Shown: positions 40,794-53,190 of the stretch, piece by piece
Numbering within the stretch: position 1 is the stretch's first letter
How the letters are laid out: the number at the start of each line of letters is the position of its first letter
NCBI GenBank assembly: GCA_963843375.1
Contig: CAWJKT010000006.1
Location: 96,001 to 160,000, forward strand
DNA length: 64,000 nucleotides
Direction: 5' to 3'
Source: an uncultured Pseudomonadota bacterium
GTDB taxonomy: Bacteria > Oederibacteriota > Muellerivitia > Muellerivitales > Muellerivitaceae
Translations under genes and position numbers: made by a program
The notes under the pieces: generated by a model
What the model was told of the DNA's origin: nothing
Seen by the model: the letters and a program-made list of their open reading frames with translations, nothing else
Databases searched by the model: none

Positions 40794-43142
40794 TTGATTA
40801 AGCAGCGCATCATTTCGAGATTCTTGAACATCTTTATGATCTTTTCCGTTTTTTTTACACCATTAGTGTTCTTCACTCGCGGCCATGATCAATTCGAACT
40901 TCCGAAATTAACATTTTTAATGGTTCTGCTGCTTCCCGGGGCGCTTTTAGCTCTTAAAAACAAGGGATTTTCCTCTCCCACGCCCCTTACCCTTTCTCTT
41001 TGCTTTTTGGCCTTCACCCAAATTTTGGCTTCCCTGCCCCAAACAAGCCTGAGTTGGAGTACGAGTTTGTTGGGAGACTATGAGAATTTCTCGGGTTTGG
41101 TGACTTTATTCACCTACCTCGTTGTATTTCAAATTTTAAGCCTTTATTTAACCGAAGACAGGATTGAAAGAATTTTTTATTTCATCTCCCTGGCAGCCAT
41201 TTTTTCTTCGCTATACGCGGTTGGTCAACATTTCAGGTTTGATTTCATTCAATGGAACCCGGAAACAATGAATTCCGCTCGGGAATTTGCGGCTTTGGGA
41301 AATCCTAATTTTCTTTCCGCTTATTTGGCGATGTCGATACCCATTTTCCTCTCCCAATCCCTCAAAATCTCGGCGCCGAACGCCTCATCCACAAGGTCGC
41401 CCGGGCCGCTATTTTGGTTTTTAGCCTTTCTGGGTTTTTCTTTTCTTCTTTTCGGAACCGATCAAGGCTTTCTGCTTTTTCACCTGAAACCTTCGGCCCT
41501 TTCCAACTCTATTTTCAGGATCATTGGATTGGTTTTGTTTTCAATAGCCTGCGTCCGATTGATCCTGTGGCGCCATTGGTTGACAACCATTTCCGGTTTG
41601 GCCATTCTGGGCCTCGGACTTTTCTGTACGGCTAGTCGAGGTGGATTCTTAGGGGCCCTTTTCGGCCTGGGGATTTGGTTTTGGCTGACTTTAAGGAAAA
41701 ATTACTTTTTAAACTCAATTCGCCGCTATTTTTCCGAGATCCCGCGGATTTTTCTCTTCTTGTTAACGATTTTGACCCTGACTTTGCTTATTTTCATCGG
41801 CCACGGTTTTTTAAACCGTCTTTTCGATTCCGTCATTCATATGGGGCAAAGTCTCGCAACTTCCCGTTTACATATTTGGCGGCCCGCTTGGTGGATCGTA
41901 GAAGCCAATCCCCTTTTGGGGGTGGGTTTGGACAATTTCAAGATCGCATTCCCTTATTACAGCGGAATCGAATTTAACGAAATTGACGGTATGTTCACCA
42001 GTTCCCGGATGGCTCACAATGAATTATTACAAATGGCCTCGACAACCGGATTGTTGGGCCTGGGCGCCTATCTGAGCGTTCTGGTCGCTTTTGGAACCCT
42101 TTGGTGGAAAACTTACCGGGTTTCGAACCCTTCAGTTCAATGGTTCCTCATCGCTGTACTTTCATCCGCCGTGGCTTTTCATGTCCAAAACTTCTTTAGT
42201 TTTGGGGTCACATCGATCAACCTGGTTTGGTTTTTACTATTGGCGATTGTTCAAAACCAATATCGTAAAACTTTAAATCCCTCAATTTCCGAAGGTTCCG
42301 GTTTGTATTTCTATTCCATGGGTAAAAAAATCGGCCTCGTTCTTTTTATAATCCTAGGCTTCTTTTTTCCCCTAAGTCGCCTGGGCGCCGATATTGCTTT
42401 CAACCAAGGCAATGCGGCCTCTCAAATAATGAAGAATCCTGATCCCGATATCTCTAATTCGGATTTGATTTCTTATTCCGATTATGGGATCAACCAATTG
42501 AAAAAAGCCGTGAACCTTTGCCCTTTGGAAGTTAAATATCGTCTTTATCTTGGATTAGCCTATGAACAAAGGGCCCACATCGACCCGGAAAGATCCCAGG
42601 ATTGGAATTTAACGGCTCTTGAGTGTTATGAAAAATCCATCGAAATGAGCCCTGCCAACGCCTATTACTACAACAATGAAGGCCGGGTCGAGGACTCTTT
42701 GAGCCATACGGACCCCCGATATCTTTCCCAAGCGGAACAAGCCTATCAAAAAGCGGTCCATTGGGATCCTTCCAGCCCCTATTTCATCGTCAACTGGGCC
42801 ATCGATTTGGATAAATTGGGAAAAACGACCGAGTCTGAAAGTGAACTTAAGCGGGCGTTTCAATTGGACCCTGTTTTTACGTCTAAAATTCTTTCTCAGA
42901 TGGCATTTGAGCAATACCAATCCGGGGACAAGCAAAAAGCTTTTGAATTTCTGGATGAAGCGATCAAAGGAAATACTTCCAGCGCCGAAGCCTATTATTG
43001 CCGGGGAATGATTAATTTGTCCGAAAAGAAAAAAAAGGAAGCCCTTGAGGATTTCGAATCGGCGAAAGACCTGCATCCCACCCCTGAAAAAAATCCTTCC
43101 ATACAATCACTCGATCAATTTATCGATCAGGCCAAAGAGTAG
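40794..43142 (+). CDS. O-antigen ligase/Wzy_C-family membrane protein with C-terminal TPRs
   Basis: LGNPNFLSAYL, TASRGG, R..IW..NPLLGVG..NF and AHNELLQ, then TPRs; probable TTG start after AAGGA. Confidence 0.87.
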   Translation: MIKQRIISRFLNIFMIFSVFFTPLVFFTRGHDQFELPKLTFLMVLLLPGALLALKNKGFSSPTPLTLSLCFLAFTQILASLPQTSLSWSTSLLGDYENFSGLVTLFTYLVVFQILSLYLTEDRIERIFYFISLAAIFSSLYAVGQHFRFDFIQWNPETMNSAREFAALGNPNFLSAYLAMSIPIFLSQSLKISAPNASSTRSPGPLFWFLAFLGFSFLLFGTDQGFLLFHLKPSALSNSIFRIIGLVLFSIACVRLILWRHWLTTISGLAILGLGLFCTASRGGFLGALFGLGIWFWLTLRKNYFLNSIRRYFSEIPRIFLFLLTILTLTLLIFIGHGFLNRLFDSVIHMGQSLATSRLHIWRPAWWIVEANPLLGVGLDNFKIAFPYYSGIEFNEIDGMFTSSRMAHNELLQMASTTGLLGLGAYLSVLVAFGTLWWKTYRVSNPSVQWFLIAVLSSAVAFHVQNFFSFGVTSINLVWFLLLAIVQNQYRKTLNPSISEGSGLYFYSMGKKIGLVLFIILGFFFPLSRLGADIAFNQGNAASQIMKNPDPDISNSDLISYSDYGINQLKKAVNLCPLEVKYRLYLGLAYEQRAHIDPERSQDWNLTALECYEKSIEMSPANAYYYNNEGRVEDSLSHTDPRYLSQAEQAYQKAVHWDPSSPYFIVNWAIDLDKLGKTTESESELKRAFQLDPVFTSKILSQMAFEQYQSGDKQKAFEFLDEAIKGNTSSAEAYYCRGMINLSEKKKKEALEDFESAKDLHPTPEKNPSIQSLDQFIDQAKE

Positions 43143-43151
43143 CCGACTTTT

Positions 43152-46100
43152 TTAAAGTTCGATTTCAATGCCTTCCTCGCCCAGCAGGGAATAAATTTCC
43201 TTTAAAAACATCTTGGAAGGTTTCACCATCAAATTAGGGCCCGCCTCCAAAACCATCAAACCGTGGTGAGTTGTTTGCATATGGAAATAAACCTTGGCCT
43301 TTCCCGGATGCCTTTCACAAACCGCCTTAACTTTAGGCAAAAGGCTGTCATCCAATCCTACGACATTCATCGTGAGATGGACGCCTTTGGCCCATTTCAC
43401 GGCCATTTCATTCAGGTCAATGGCCTCGTTGGCGATGATCTGGATTTTCTCACCCGATTTATCCAGCCGCCCCTTCAAAGCCACCAATCGGTCCTTTATT
43501 AGAATATTTTGGTATTTCTTGAAGACTTCCGGCCAAGCAATCACTTCCAGATGGGAATGAAGGTCTTCCAGGACGAACCGACCGTAGATCTCCTTGGTCT
43601 TCTTTACCATGCTTTTTGAGAAACCCCGAATCAGTCCCGCGACCCTAATTTCGTGGCCGTCGGGCAGGTCCTCCAGTTCATGAAGTGGAGTGGCATAGTG
43701 TTCCAACTCCCATTCATGCTCCGAAAGGGGGTGGCCGGAGAGATAAAAACCAAGCACTTCCTTTTCCGCCGTTAAAATTTGGGCGGGTGAAAGTTCGGGC
43801 GCTTCCGGCAGAGTATCCACCGCCCCCGAACCCATGGCCCCAAAAAGGGAGGTTTGCCCCTTTTGAGAATCGGCCTGGAGCCCCTGGGACTGACGGAATA
43901 TTTTTTCCACCGCATCCTTCATGGCTCCTCTTGGGGAGTTGGAGAAATCAAAGCCTCCCGCCAACACCAGGCATTCCACCATTTTGGGGGTAAAGGCCTT
44001 TAAATCGACGCGGCGACAAAAATCAAAAAGGGATAGAAAAGCTCCCTCCTTGCCCCGGGCCTCCAGGATGGCCCGGATGGCGGGCGTCCCCACGTTTTTG
44101 ATAGCCGAAAGCGAGAAACGGATTTCCCCTTTCGATGTCACCATAAACTCATCCCCGCTCTCGTTTACGTCGGGGGGAAGCACCCGAACCCCCATTTTTT
44201 TGCATTCAAACACATACTGGGAAATCTTGTCCTGGTTCCCCGATTCGCTGGTCAAAAGGGCGGCCATGAACTCCGGCGCGAAATGGGTTTTTAAATAAGC
44301 CGTTTGAAAAGCCAAAATGGCGTAAGCCGCGCTGTGGGACTTGTTGAACCCATATCCCGCGAATTTGGCCATTTGGTTGAAAATGGCCTCGGCGATGTCG
44401 TTTGAGATCCCTCGATCCTTGGACCCGGAAAGGAACTTTTCCCGCATTTGCTCCATTTTCTCCGGATTCTTGCTTCCCATAGCCCGGCGAAGCAGGTCCG
44501 CCTGTCCCAGAGTGAAGCCCGCCAGGTCTTTCGCGATGCGCATCACTTGTTCTTGGTAAAGTATGATGCCGTAGGTCGTTTTTAAGATAGGCTCGAGCTT
44601 GGGATGAAGGTACTCGACCTTCGCCAGCCCCTTTTTCCGATGGAAAAAATCATCCACCATATCCGAACCCAGGGGACCGGGCCGGTAAAGCGCATTGAGG
44701 GCGATCAAATCCTCGATATGAGTCGGTTCCAACTTCCGCACGTAATCCCGCATGCCGCGGGATTCCAACTGGAAGATGCCCATCGTTTTCGCTTCCCTCA
44801 ATAATTTAAAGGTCGCTTCGTCCTCCATGGGGATTTCCGCCACCAAAACATCCTGTTTCCGGTGAGTCTTGATGAGCTTGAGGGTGTCGTCGATCACCGA
44901 AAGGGTCCGCAAACCCAAAATATCCAGTTTTAAAAGACCCACGTCCTTCAGGGCGTTCATGTCATATTGGGTTAGAATTTCATCGCCGGTCCCCCGGCAC
45001 AAGGGCACGTTTTCCAGAAGGGGTTCGTTACCGATCAAGATGCCCGCCGCGTGGGTCGAAAGATGGCGCACCATGCCTTCCAGCGCCCGGGAAATATCCC
45101 ATAATTTTCGGTAGGGCCCCTGTTCGGAAGCGATGGCCCTCAACTCCGGCACCTTTTCCAGGGCGTCTTCCAGCGTCACCTTCGGCTCACCCGGGATCAG
45201 TTTGGCGATGCGGTCGATATCGGGCAGAGGCATTTCTAAAACCCGCCCCACATCCCTTATCACCGCCTTGGCCGCCATGGTTCCGAAAGTCGCGATGGAA
45301 GCTACCCGATCCTGTCCGTAGGTTTGGGTGATATAGTCCAGCACCTCCTGCCGCCGCCGGTCGCAGACGTCCACGTCGATGTCCGGAGCGCTCACCCTCT
45401 CCGGGTTGATGAACCGCTCGAAAAGCAGGTCGTAACGGATGGGGTCCACATCGGTGATGCCGATCAAATAGGAAACCAGGCTCCCCGCGGCCGATCCCCG
45501 CCCCGGCCCCACGGAAATATCCTTGGCCTTGGCCTTCGCGATAATATCCCACACGATCAAGAAATAACCGCTAAAGCCGGTCTTGCGGATGATGGAAAGT
45601 TCCTCATTCATGCGTTCCAAAATTTGCGGATCGTTGCTCCTGGCCCCATAACGTTTCGGAATTCCTTCCCGGCTCAATTTTTCCAGATAACCCGCCTCAT
45701 CCAAATCCGCTGTCGGGACCTTGAAGGAAGGCATGAGGGTTTTGCCGAACTCGAAGGTGACGTTGCACCTTTCCGCGATCTCTAGGGTTTGGCGCAAGGC
45801 CTCCGGTATTTCACTGAAAGACCTGGCCATTTCCTCAGGGCTCTTCAGGTAATATTCATCCGACCCGTAAGTGATATGATTGGGATCGGAAAGCACTTCC
45901 CCCCGGCCCAGGCACAAAAGGGCCTCGTGGAAAACCGCTTCTTCGCGAATTAGATAATGGACGTCGTTGGTGGCCACCAGGGGTATGGAAGTTTGCTTGG
46001 ATATCTCCAACAGGTGTTTTTGGATCGCCTTATCGATGGCCTTCCGGTGGTCCTGGACCTCAAGGAAAAAGCGGCCCTTGCCGAATATCTCCTGATATTC

Positions 46101-46592
46101 CCCCGCGATCTTCAATGCCACGGGCGTCTCTTCCTTGAGGATAAACCTGTCGATCTCCCCGTCCAAACCACCCGAAAGGGCGGTCAAACCCCGGCTATGG
46201 CGGGCCAATAATTCCTTGTCGATATGGGGTATTTGGTAGGAACCCCTCAAATATCCCGCCGAGGACAGTTTCAGCAGGTTTTTGTACCCCTCCTCGTTTT
46301 CCGCCAGCAAAACCAGGGGATAGAGGACTTCCTGCCGCCCCGAACCGTTGGGCTTATCCAAACGGGATCCGGAAGAGACCCAAATCTCACAGCCGATAAT
46401 GGGTTTCAACCCGTTCGAAAGAGCGGATTGGTAAAAGCCGATGGCCCCAAACAGGTTGCCCTTGTCAGTCAAGGCCACGGCATGCATTTGAAGTTCCTTC
46501 AGCCGCGCCATGAGGGGATCTACCCGGACGGTGCTTTCCAAAAGGCTGAATTGGCTATGAAGGTGAAGATGAACGAATTCGGAACGGTTCAT
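43152..46592 (-). CDS. dnaE: DNA polymerase III alpha subunit
   Basis: PHP domain HLHLHSQFS, GPGRGSAAGS, PDIDVD and YGFNKSHS; OB fold. Confidence 0.97.
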   Translation of the reverse strand: MNRSEFVHLHLHSQFSLLESTVRVDPLMARLKELQMHAVALTDKGNLFGAIGFYQSALSNGLKPIIGCEIWVSSGSRLDKPNGSGRQEVLYPLVLLAENEEGYKNLLKLSSAGYLRGSYQIPHIDKELLARHSRGLTALSGGLDGEIDRFILKEETPVALKIAGEYQEIFGKGRFFLEVQDHRKAIDKAIQKHLLEISKQTSIPLVATNDVHYLIREEAVFHEALLCLGRGEVLSDPNHITYGSDEYYLKSPEEMARSFSEIPEALRQTLEIAERCNVTFEFGKTLMPSFKVPTADLDEAGYLEKLSREGIPKRYGARSNDPQILERMNEELSIIRKTGFSGYFLIVWDIIAKAKAKDISVGPGRGSAAGSLVSYLIGITDVDPIRYDLLFERFINPERVSAPDIDVDVCDRRRQEVLDYITQTYGQDRVASIATFGTMAAKAVIRDVGRVLEMPLPDIDRIAKLIPGEPKVTLEDALEKVPELRAIASEQGPYRKLWDISRALEGMVRHLSTHAAGILIGNEPLLENVPLCRGTGDEILTQYDMNALKDVGLLKLDILGLRTLSVIDDTLKLIKTHRKQDVLVAEIPMEDEATFKLLREAKTMGIFQLESRGMRDYVRKLEPTHIEDLIALNALYRPGPLGSDMVDDFFHRKKGLAKVEYLHPKLEPILKTTYGIILYQEQVMRIAKDLAGFTLGQADLLRRAMGSKNPEKMEQMREKFLSGSKDRGISNDIAEAIFNQMAKFAGYGFNKSHSAAYAILAFQTAYLKTHFAPEFMAALLTSESGNQDKISQYVFECKKMGVRVLPPDVNESGDEFMVTSKGEIRFSLSAIKNVGTPAIRAILEARGKEGAFLSLFDFCRRVDLKAFTPKMVECLVLAGGFDFSNSPRGAMKDAVEKIFRQSQGLQADSQKGQTSLFGAMGSGAVDTLPEAPELSPAQILTAEKEVLGFYLSGHPLSEHEWELEHYATPLHELEDLPDGHEIRVAGLIRGFSKSMVKKTKEIYGRFVLEDLHSHLEVIAWPEVFKKYQNILIKDRLVALKGRLDKSGEKIQIIANEAIDLNEMAVKWAKGVHLTMNVVGLDDSLLPKVKAVCERHPGKAKVYFHMQTTHHGLMVLEAGPNLMVKPSKMFLKEIYSLLGEEGIEIEL

Positions 46593-46690
46593 GGGGGGAT
46601 TATAGCCAAAAGCCCCGCCTCTTCGCCCCTATTGGGCGTGATTTTTGAGTTTTTGGGGATCGAATTCGACGGTTTTCACCGGAGCGAACG

Positions 46691-46736
46691 TTGACAGGCC
46701 CAAATCTCGGTTATAACATTGTATATACATCGTTAT
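46691..46736 (+). promoter_or_regulatory. TA operon promoter (TTGACA-N17-TAACAT) overlapped by a palindromic operator
   Basis: ATAAC-at-TGTATATACA-tc-GTTAT inverted repeat at 46713-46736, covering the -10 box. Confidence 0.65.
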
Positions 46737-46749
46737 CACGGAGACAATC

Positions 46750-46977
46750 ATGATTAAAAAGCTCACCAAACATGGCAACAGCTATGCCCTGGTCATTGAC
46801 CGCGGCATCATGGATCTGTTGAACATCAGCGAAAAATCCGCACTTTCCGTCACCACCGACGGACGCAGTCTCATCATTTCGCCGGCCGACGATAAAAAGA
46901 AACAAGCCAAATTCGAGGCGATTGTCGATAATTCCTTCAAAAAATTCCCGCACATGTACAAAAACTTGGCGGGTTGA
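46750..46977 (+). CDS. AbrB/MazE-fold antitoxin
   Basis: KLTKHGNSYALVI AbrB signature; directly precedes the Doc-like gene. Confidence 0.88.
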   Translation: MIKKLTKHGNSYALVIDRGIMDLLNISEKSALSVTTDGRSLIISPADDKKKQAKFEAIVDNSFKKFPHMYKNLAG

Positions 46978-47379
46978 ATGGAAGCGCCTGTTTTTTTGAC
47001 CTTGGAACAAGTCCTCTATATCCACAAGGAACAAATCCGCCGTCTGGGTGGAAGCGGTGGAATCAGGGAACAGGGCCTTCTTCAAACGGCCTTAGCCATG
47101 CCACAGGCTCAGTTTGGGGGACAATTTCTTCATCGGGACCTGTTTGAAATGGCGGCGGCATATGTCTTTCACTTGGCCCTTAACCATCCTTTCATTGACG
47201 GAAATAAAAGAGTGGGAGCCATGGCAGCTGACGTTTTCCTGGAATTAAACGGTTTTCACCTTCCCCAATCCCAAGAAAAGGCTTACGAAAAAATCGTCTT
47301 CGAAACCTCCCAGGGGGAAATAGAAAAACCCGAAAACGCGGCTTTTTTTCGCAAGCATTCCAAGAAAATAACCAAGTAA
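46978..47379 (+). CDS. Death-on-curing (Doc/Fic) toxin
   Basis: GG..GIRE.GLL..AL..P and HPFIDGNKR motif. Confidence 0.9.
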   Translation: MEAPVFLTLEQVLYIHKEQIRRLGGSGGIREQGLLQTALAMPQAQFGGQFLHRDLFEMAAAYVFHLALNHPFIDGNKRVGAMAADVFLELNGFHLPQSQEKAYEKIVFETSQGEIEKPENAAFFRKHSKKITK

Positions 47380-47501
47380 CGGAATTTCATGGACCAAAAT
47401 TTAGCCCAGCCGCCACATTTTTAAAGGATTTGGGTCTTTAATATTGATGAGTAAAAGGGTATTTCTCATAGGGGTTTAGATAGCAAAAACAAGGGGGGGT
47501 T

Positions 47502-48095
47502 ATGGCAAAGGGCAAAAGGAATTCAATGGTTGAGTTTTTTTTTAGTAAGGCCAAACAGTGGAAGGAAGAATACGGGAAATTACGAACGATCGTTCTGGAC
47601 TGCCCCTTGAACGAAGAATTGAAGTGGGGTCAGCCTTGTTACTCGTTTGAGGACAAAAACATCGTTTTAATCCATGGATTCAAAGAATATTGCGCGCTTC
47701 TGTTCATGAAAGGCGCCTTGTTAAAGGACCCCAAGGGTATTCTCATACAACAAACAGAGAATGTGCAGGCGGCACGCCAGATCCGCTTCAAGAATGTCCA
47801 AGAAATTGTCGGGATGAAATACACCCTGAAGACTTATATCGAAGAAGCCATTGAGGTGGAAAAAGCCGGTTTGAAAGTGGAATTAAAAAAGACATCCGAA
47901 TTCAAGATGCCCGTGGAATTCCAAAAGAAGTTGGAGCAGACCCCCGCCCTGAAAACCGCTTTTCAGGCGCTGACGCCGGGGCGACAAAGGGCCTACCTTC
48001 TTTATTTTTCCGCGGCCAAACAATCCCAAACCCGGGAGTCCAGGATTGAAAAATACGTCAAGGCGATTCTCAAGGGGAAGGGATTGAATGATTAA
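47502..48095 (+). CDS. YdeI-family protein (DUF1801 plus OmdA)
   Basis: EELKWGQPCY, HGFKEYCALLF.KGALLKD and ALTPGRQRAY..AKQSQTR. Confidence 0.88.
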   Translation: MAKGKRNSMVEFFFSKAKQWKEEYGKLRTIVLDCPLNEELKWGQPCYSFEDKNIVLIHGFKEYCALLFMKGALLKDPKGILIQQTENVQAARQIRFKNVQEIVGMKYTLKTYIEEAIEVEKAGLKVELKKTSEFKMPVEFQKKLEQTPALKTAFQALTPGRQRAYLLYFSAAKQSQTRESRIEKYVKAILKGKGLND

Positions 48096-48142
48096 CGAGC
48101 TGGCGAAAGGCTCAACGAACATCTAACTTTTGAGGTGTTGGT

Positions 48143-49695
48143 TCATTCCCACTCAATGGTTCCGGGGGGTTTGCTCGTTATGTCATAAACCACCCGGTTG
48201 ATGCCCCGGACCTCATTGATGATGCGGTTGGAAATGCGGCCCAAAAGGTCATAGGGCAGTTTCACCCAATCGGCGGTCATGCCATCGGTGGAATGGACCG
48301 CCCGGATGGCGCAGACATGGTCGTAGGTGCGCTCGTCCCCCATGACCCCGACCGTCTTGATGGGAGTCAGTACCGCGAAGGACTGCCAGATGGAATAATA
48401 AAGGCCTGCCTTTTGGATTTCTTCCGTCACGATGGCGTCGGCCTTGCGAAGGATTTCCAGCCTTTCCCGCGGTGATTTCGCCCACCACCCGGACCGCCAA
48501 ACCCGGCCCTGGGAAGGGCTGGCGCCAGAGCATTTCCTTGGGAATTCCCAGCTTGGCCCCCAAGGCCCGAACTTCGTCCTTGAAAAGTTCCCGCAAGGGT
48601 TCCACCAGCTTGAACTTCATGTCCTCCGGCAATCCTCCCACGTTATGGTGGCTCTTGATCGTGGCCGAAGGGCCCTTGACCGATACGCTTTCGATGACGT
48701 CGGGATAAAGGGTTCCCTGGGCCAGGAAGTCGAACTCGCCCCTTTTTTTCATAAGATCCCGGGCGGAACGCTCGAAAACCCGGATGAAGGTCCGGCCGAT
48801 GATCTTGCGCTTTTGTTCGGGATCGGAAACGCCCTGGAGGGCGTCGAGGAATTCTTTTTCAACTTTGGCGTAATGAAGGTCGATCTTCAGCTTTTTCTTG
48901 AACATTTCCTGAACCTGCTCGGCTTCATTCATTCGCAAGAGCGCCATTATTGACGAAGACACAGGAAAGCTGGCTGCCCACCGCCTTATGAATCAGGGCG
49001 GCGGCAACGGTGGAATCCACCCCGCCCGAAACCCCACAAAGCACCCGGCCCTTTCCCACCTGTTCCTTAATCAGCACGCACCGCATCTTTCACGTAGGAT
49101 TCCATGCTCCAGGTCGGCTTACAGCCGCAAACCTTTCGGGCGAAGTTCTCGAGGATCTTAAATCCCTTGTCGGTATGGACCACTTCGGGATGGAACTGCA
49201 CCCCGTAAAGCTTTCGTTTTGGATCCGCCATGGCGGCGGTTGGACAGGTGTGGGTGGAAGCAATTTTTTTGAACCCCGGCGGTATCCGGGTGATCTGGTC
49301 GCCGTGGCTCATCCAAACATTGAGATGTGGAGGGAAGGCCGGCGAGAAGTCCCTTCTTGTCCTTGATTTTCAAAGAGGCCAATCCGAATTCCCGTTGTGG
49401 GCCTTCACTACCTTCCCGCCCAAGGCTTGACTCATCAATGGATTCCATAACAAATCCCCAGGATCGGTACACCTTGCTGGAATAAGGACGGGTTCACATG
49501 GGGGGCATCGGGAGCGTAAACACTGGCGGGGCCTCCGGAAAGGATGATTCCCTTCGGATTCTTTTCGAGAATTTTCTCAACGGGCGTGGAAAATGGCAGG
49601 ATTTCGCAATAGACCTCGCATTCGCGGACGCGCCGGGCGATCAACTGGCTATATTGGGCCCCAAAATCCAAAACGAGAATCGTGTCGTGATGCAA
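48143..49695 (-). CDS. guaA: GMP synthase (glutamine-hydrolysing), fragmented by several indels
   Basis: Collinear fragments: [55 protein letters not shown] and KPPGTIEWE. Confidence 0.93.
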
Positions 49696-49830
49696 AGGAA
49701 GACTCCCAAAGAAGATAAAAACTCACAGTCCAATTTGACTTCTTGACTTTGAACCGCGGATCAACAACCACTGAATGGTGGAATCGAGGTTACCGAAGAA
49801 AGCCCGTAAAAGGCGCGGCCGAAGTGAATT

Positions 49831-51304
<1,474 letters not shown>

Positions 51305-51330
51305 GAAAAACTCCGTGTTAAGTGGGCGTT

Positions 51331-51359
51331 AATATAATGATTGTGCCGGAGGGTGTCAA
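51331..51359 (-). promoter_or_regulatory. Sigma70 promoter of guaBA (TTGACA-N17-TATATT)
   Basis: Near-consensus boxes about 27 nt upstream of the guaB ATG. Confidence 0.75.
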
Positions 51360-51412
51360 CGTCCGGTATAGGGATCGAAAAATTCAACCGGGGACAGGAA
51401 AATAAAGGAGGG

Positions 51413-52739
51413 TTAATGCCACAACTTAAAGTCGGCCTGGTAACCCTGGAGATCCTTCTTGTTCAGGAACCAGCGCAAATGATCGGATAGGGCGGCCAGA
51501 TAGCGGTTTTCACCCATGGTCTGGACCTGCCAGCCATTGTCCTGCTTTAGTTTTTCAAGTGTCTGCGCGTGCTGGGTATAAAGCTGGTCGGGAGTATCGT
51601 CGGGATAATATTCGCTGATGAGATAATCCATGGTTTGGTTGTCCCCCTGCCAGGCATTGGTGGAAAACCAAACCCCATTGGAAAAAACGGTAACAAAGGA
51701 AAGATGGGGGGCGATTTGTCCGGGCATTTTAAGTATCTCACTATAGATTCCCGAGTCCTCTTTCATGCCGACATCAAAAAAATTGGGGGAAGGCAATTGG
51801 GGAACAGTCATTTGTATAAGGGGCGTAAAGCCCATGTTTTGAAGGCTGGTTTGGAACTCGGCATAAGCGGTGATATCCATTTCGCTCACCTGGTTGGAAT
51901 TCTCCTGAACGATGAAAATCGGCTGGATGGTTTCGGCCAATATCACCGAAGGCTTACCCAGGAGGGAGCCAAGGCCAATCACCGCGCCTATGATAAGGAT
52001 GACGACGGCTATTGGGAGTACATAGACGGGAACTTTAAATTTTTTAGCCAAGGGATCAAACATCTCGTAGGAACGGCGAATAAGATATTTACCCCAAATT
52101 TTAGCCAATGAAAAGACCCTGATATTCTTCCAGGCAGGCTTCCGACCCTCATTTCCCTCGGTTTCATCAACAGGCATAGAAGCTTTGGGAAACGGAGGCC
52201 GGAGGGGCTGGGGATCATGCATCATCGCGTTCAAGTTTTCCGAGAGTTTCGATTGGGAAGCTGGAGGCGATACCAATGAAGGTGTTGGGGTTCCATGTTT
52301 TATCGGGCTTAGGAGATCTGGAGCCGTAAGGGGAGGCGGGGTTTGGAGATCGGTTTTAAGGGGTGTATTGGTCACGATGGATTTAGGAACCAACAGGGGG
52401 GGCGGGATCGGGTAATGGAATAGGAGTCGGAGGAACCAAAACTTCCGCGGAAGGTTTTACTTTGGGCGCTTCACTCTTCGGAGTTCCGCTGAACAGCCCC
52501 AAGGGATCGTCACTTAAACCCTTTCCCTTGAAATTAAGGGGTGAGCCACCCGCCAAGGGATCTGTCGAAGCTTTTAAGGCCTCGGCCGCGGCCGCCTTGA
52601 TTTTCATTTCCCTGCAATTAGCGCAAATGAGTTGATCCGCTTCCATCGATAGGCATTCAGCACAATAGGGTTTATTGCAGGTGGAGCAATGACCCGTAGC
52701 TATTTGATCAAAATGTCGAACACAATAAGTTTCGGCCAT
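51413..52739 (-). CDS. B-box-like zinc finger, Pro-rich linker, TM helix and unknown C-terminal domain (indel in the G run near 52400)
   Basis: CVRH....CSTC...CAEC...CANC in ORF 52383..52739; the Pro-rich sequence continues in ORF 51413..52393, which has one TM segment. Confidence 0.7.
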
Positions 52740-52758
52740 CGGATTATCCTTTTAAGCT

Positions 52759-53146
52759 CTACTTCTTCAGCGCGATCAGATCCATCTCGATGCGGGCGTT
52801 CTTCGGAAGCGCCGCCACTTGTATCACCGCCCTAGCCGGGGGCTCACTCGTAAAAGTTTCGGCCAAAACCTTGTTCAAAGCCTCAAAATCCCCCAGGTCG
52901 GTCAAATAAACAGTTAACTTCACCGTGCTTTTTAAATCGGCAACCAGCCGCCTTCAAAACCGCCTCAAAATTATCCAGTATCCGCTTGGTTTGGATTGAA
53001 ATATCGCCATTAACAAGTTGACCTGTTTTGGGATCAAGGGGAATCTGGCCGGAACAGAACAGGAAGTCTCCCGCTTCAATGGCTTGGGAATAAGGACCGA
53101 TGGGTTTCGGCGCATCGGGCGAGACAATGACATTTCGTTCTTTCAT
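52759..53146 (-). CDS. ridA: RidA/YjgF enamine deaminase (1-nt insertion near 52925)
   Basis: [12 protein letters not shown] and CSGQIPLDP; the second frame gives [34 protein letters not shown]. Confidence 0.9.
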
Positions 53147-53190
53147 TTTAAAGGGACATTCCTTTCGGCACAATTAAACCCGTGTTAATT

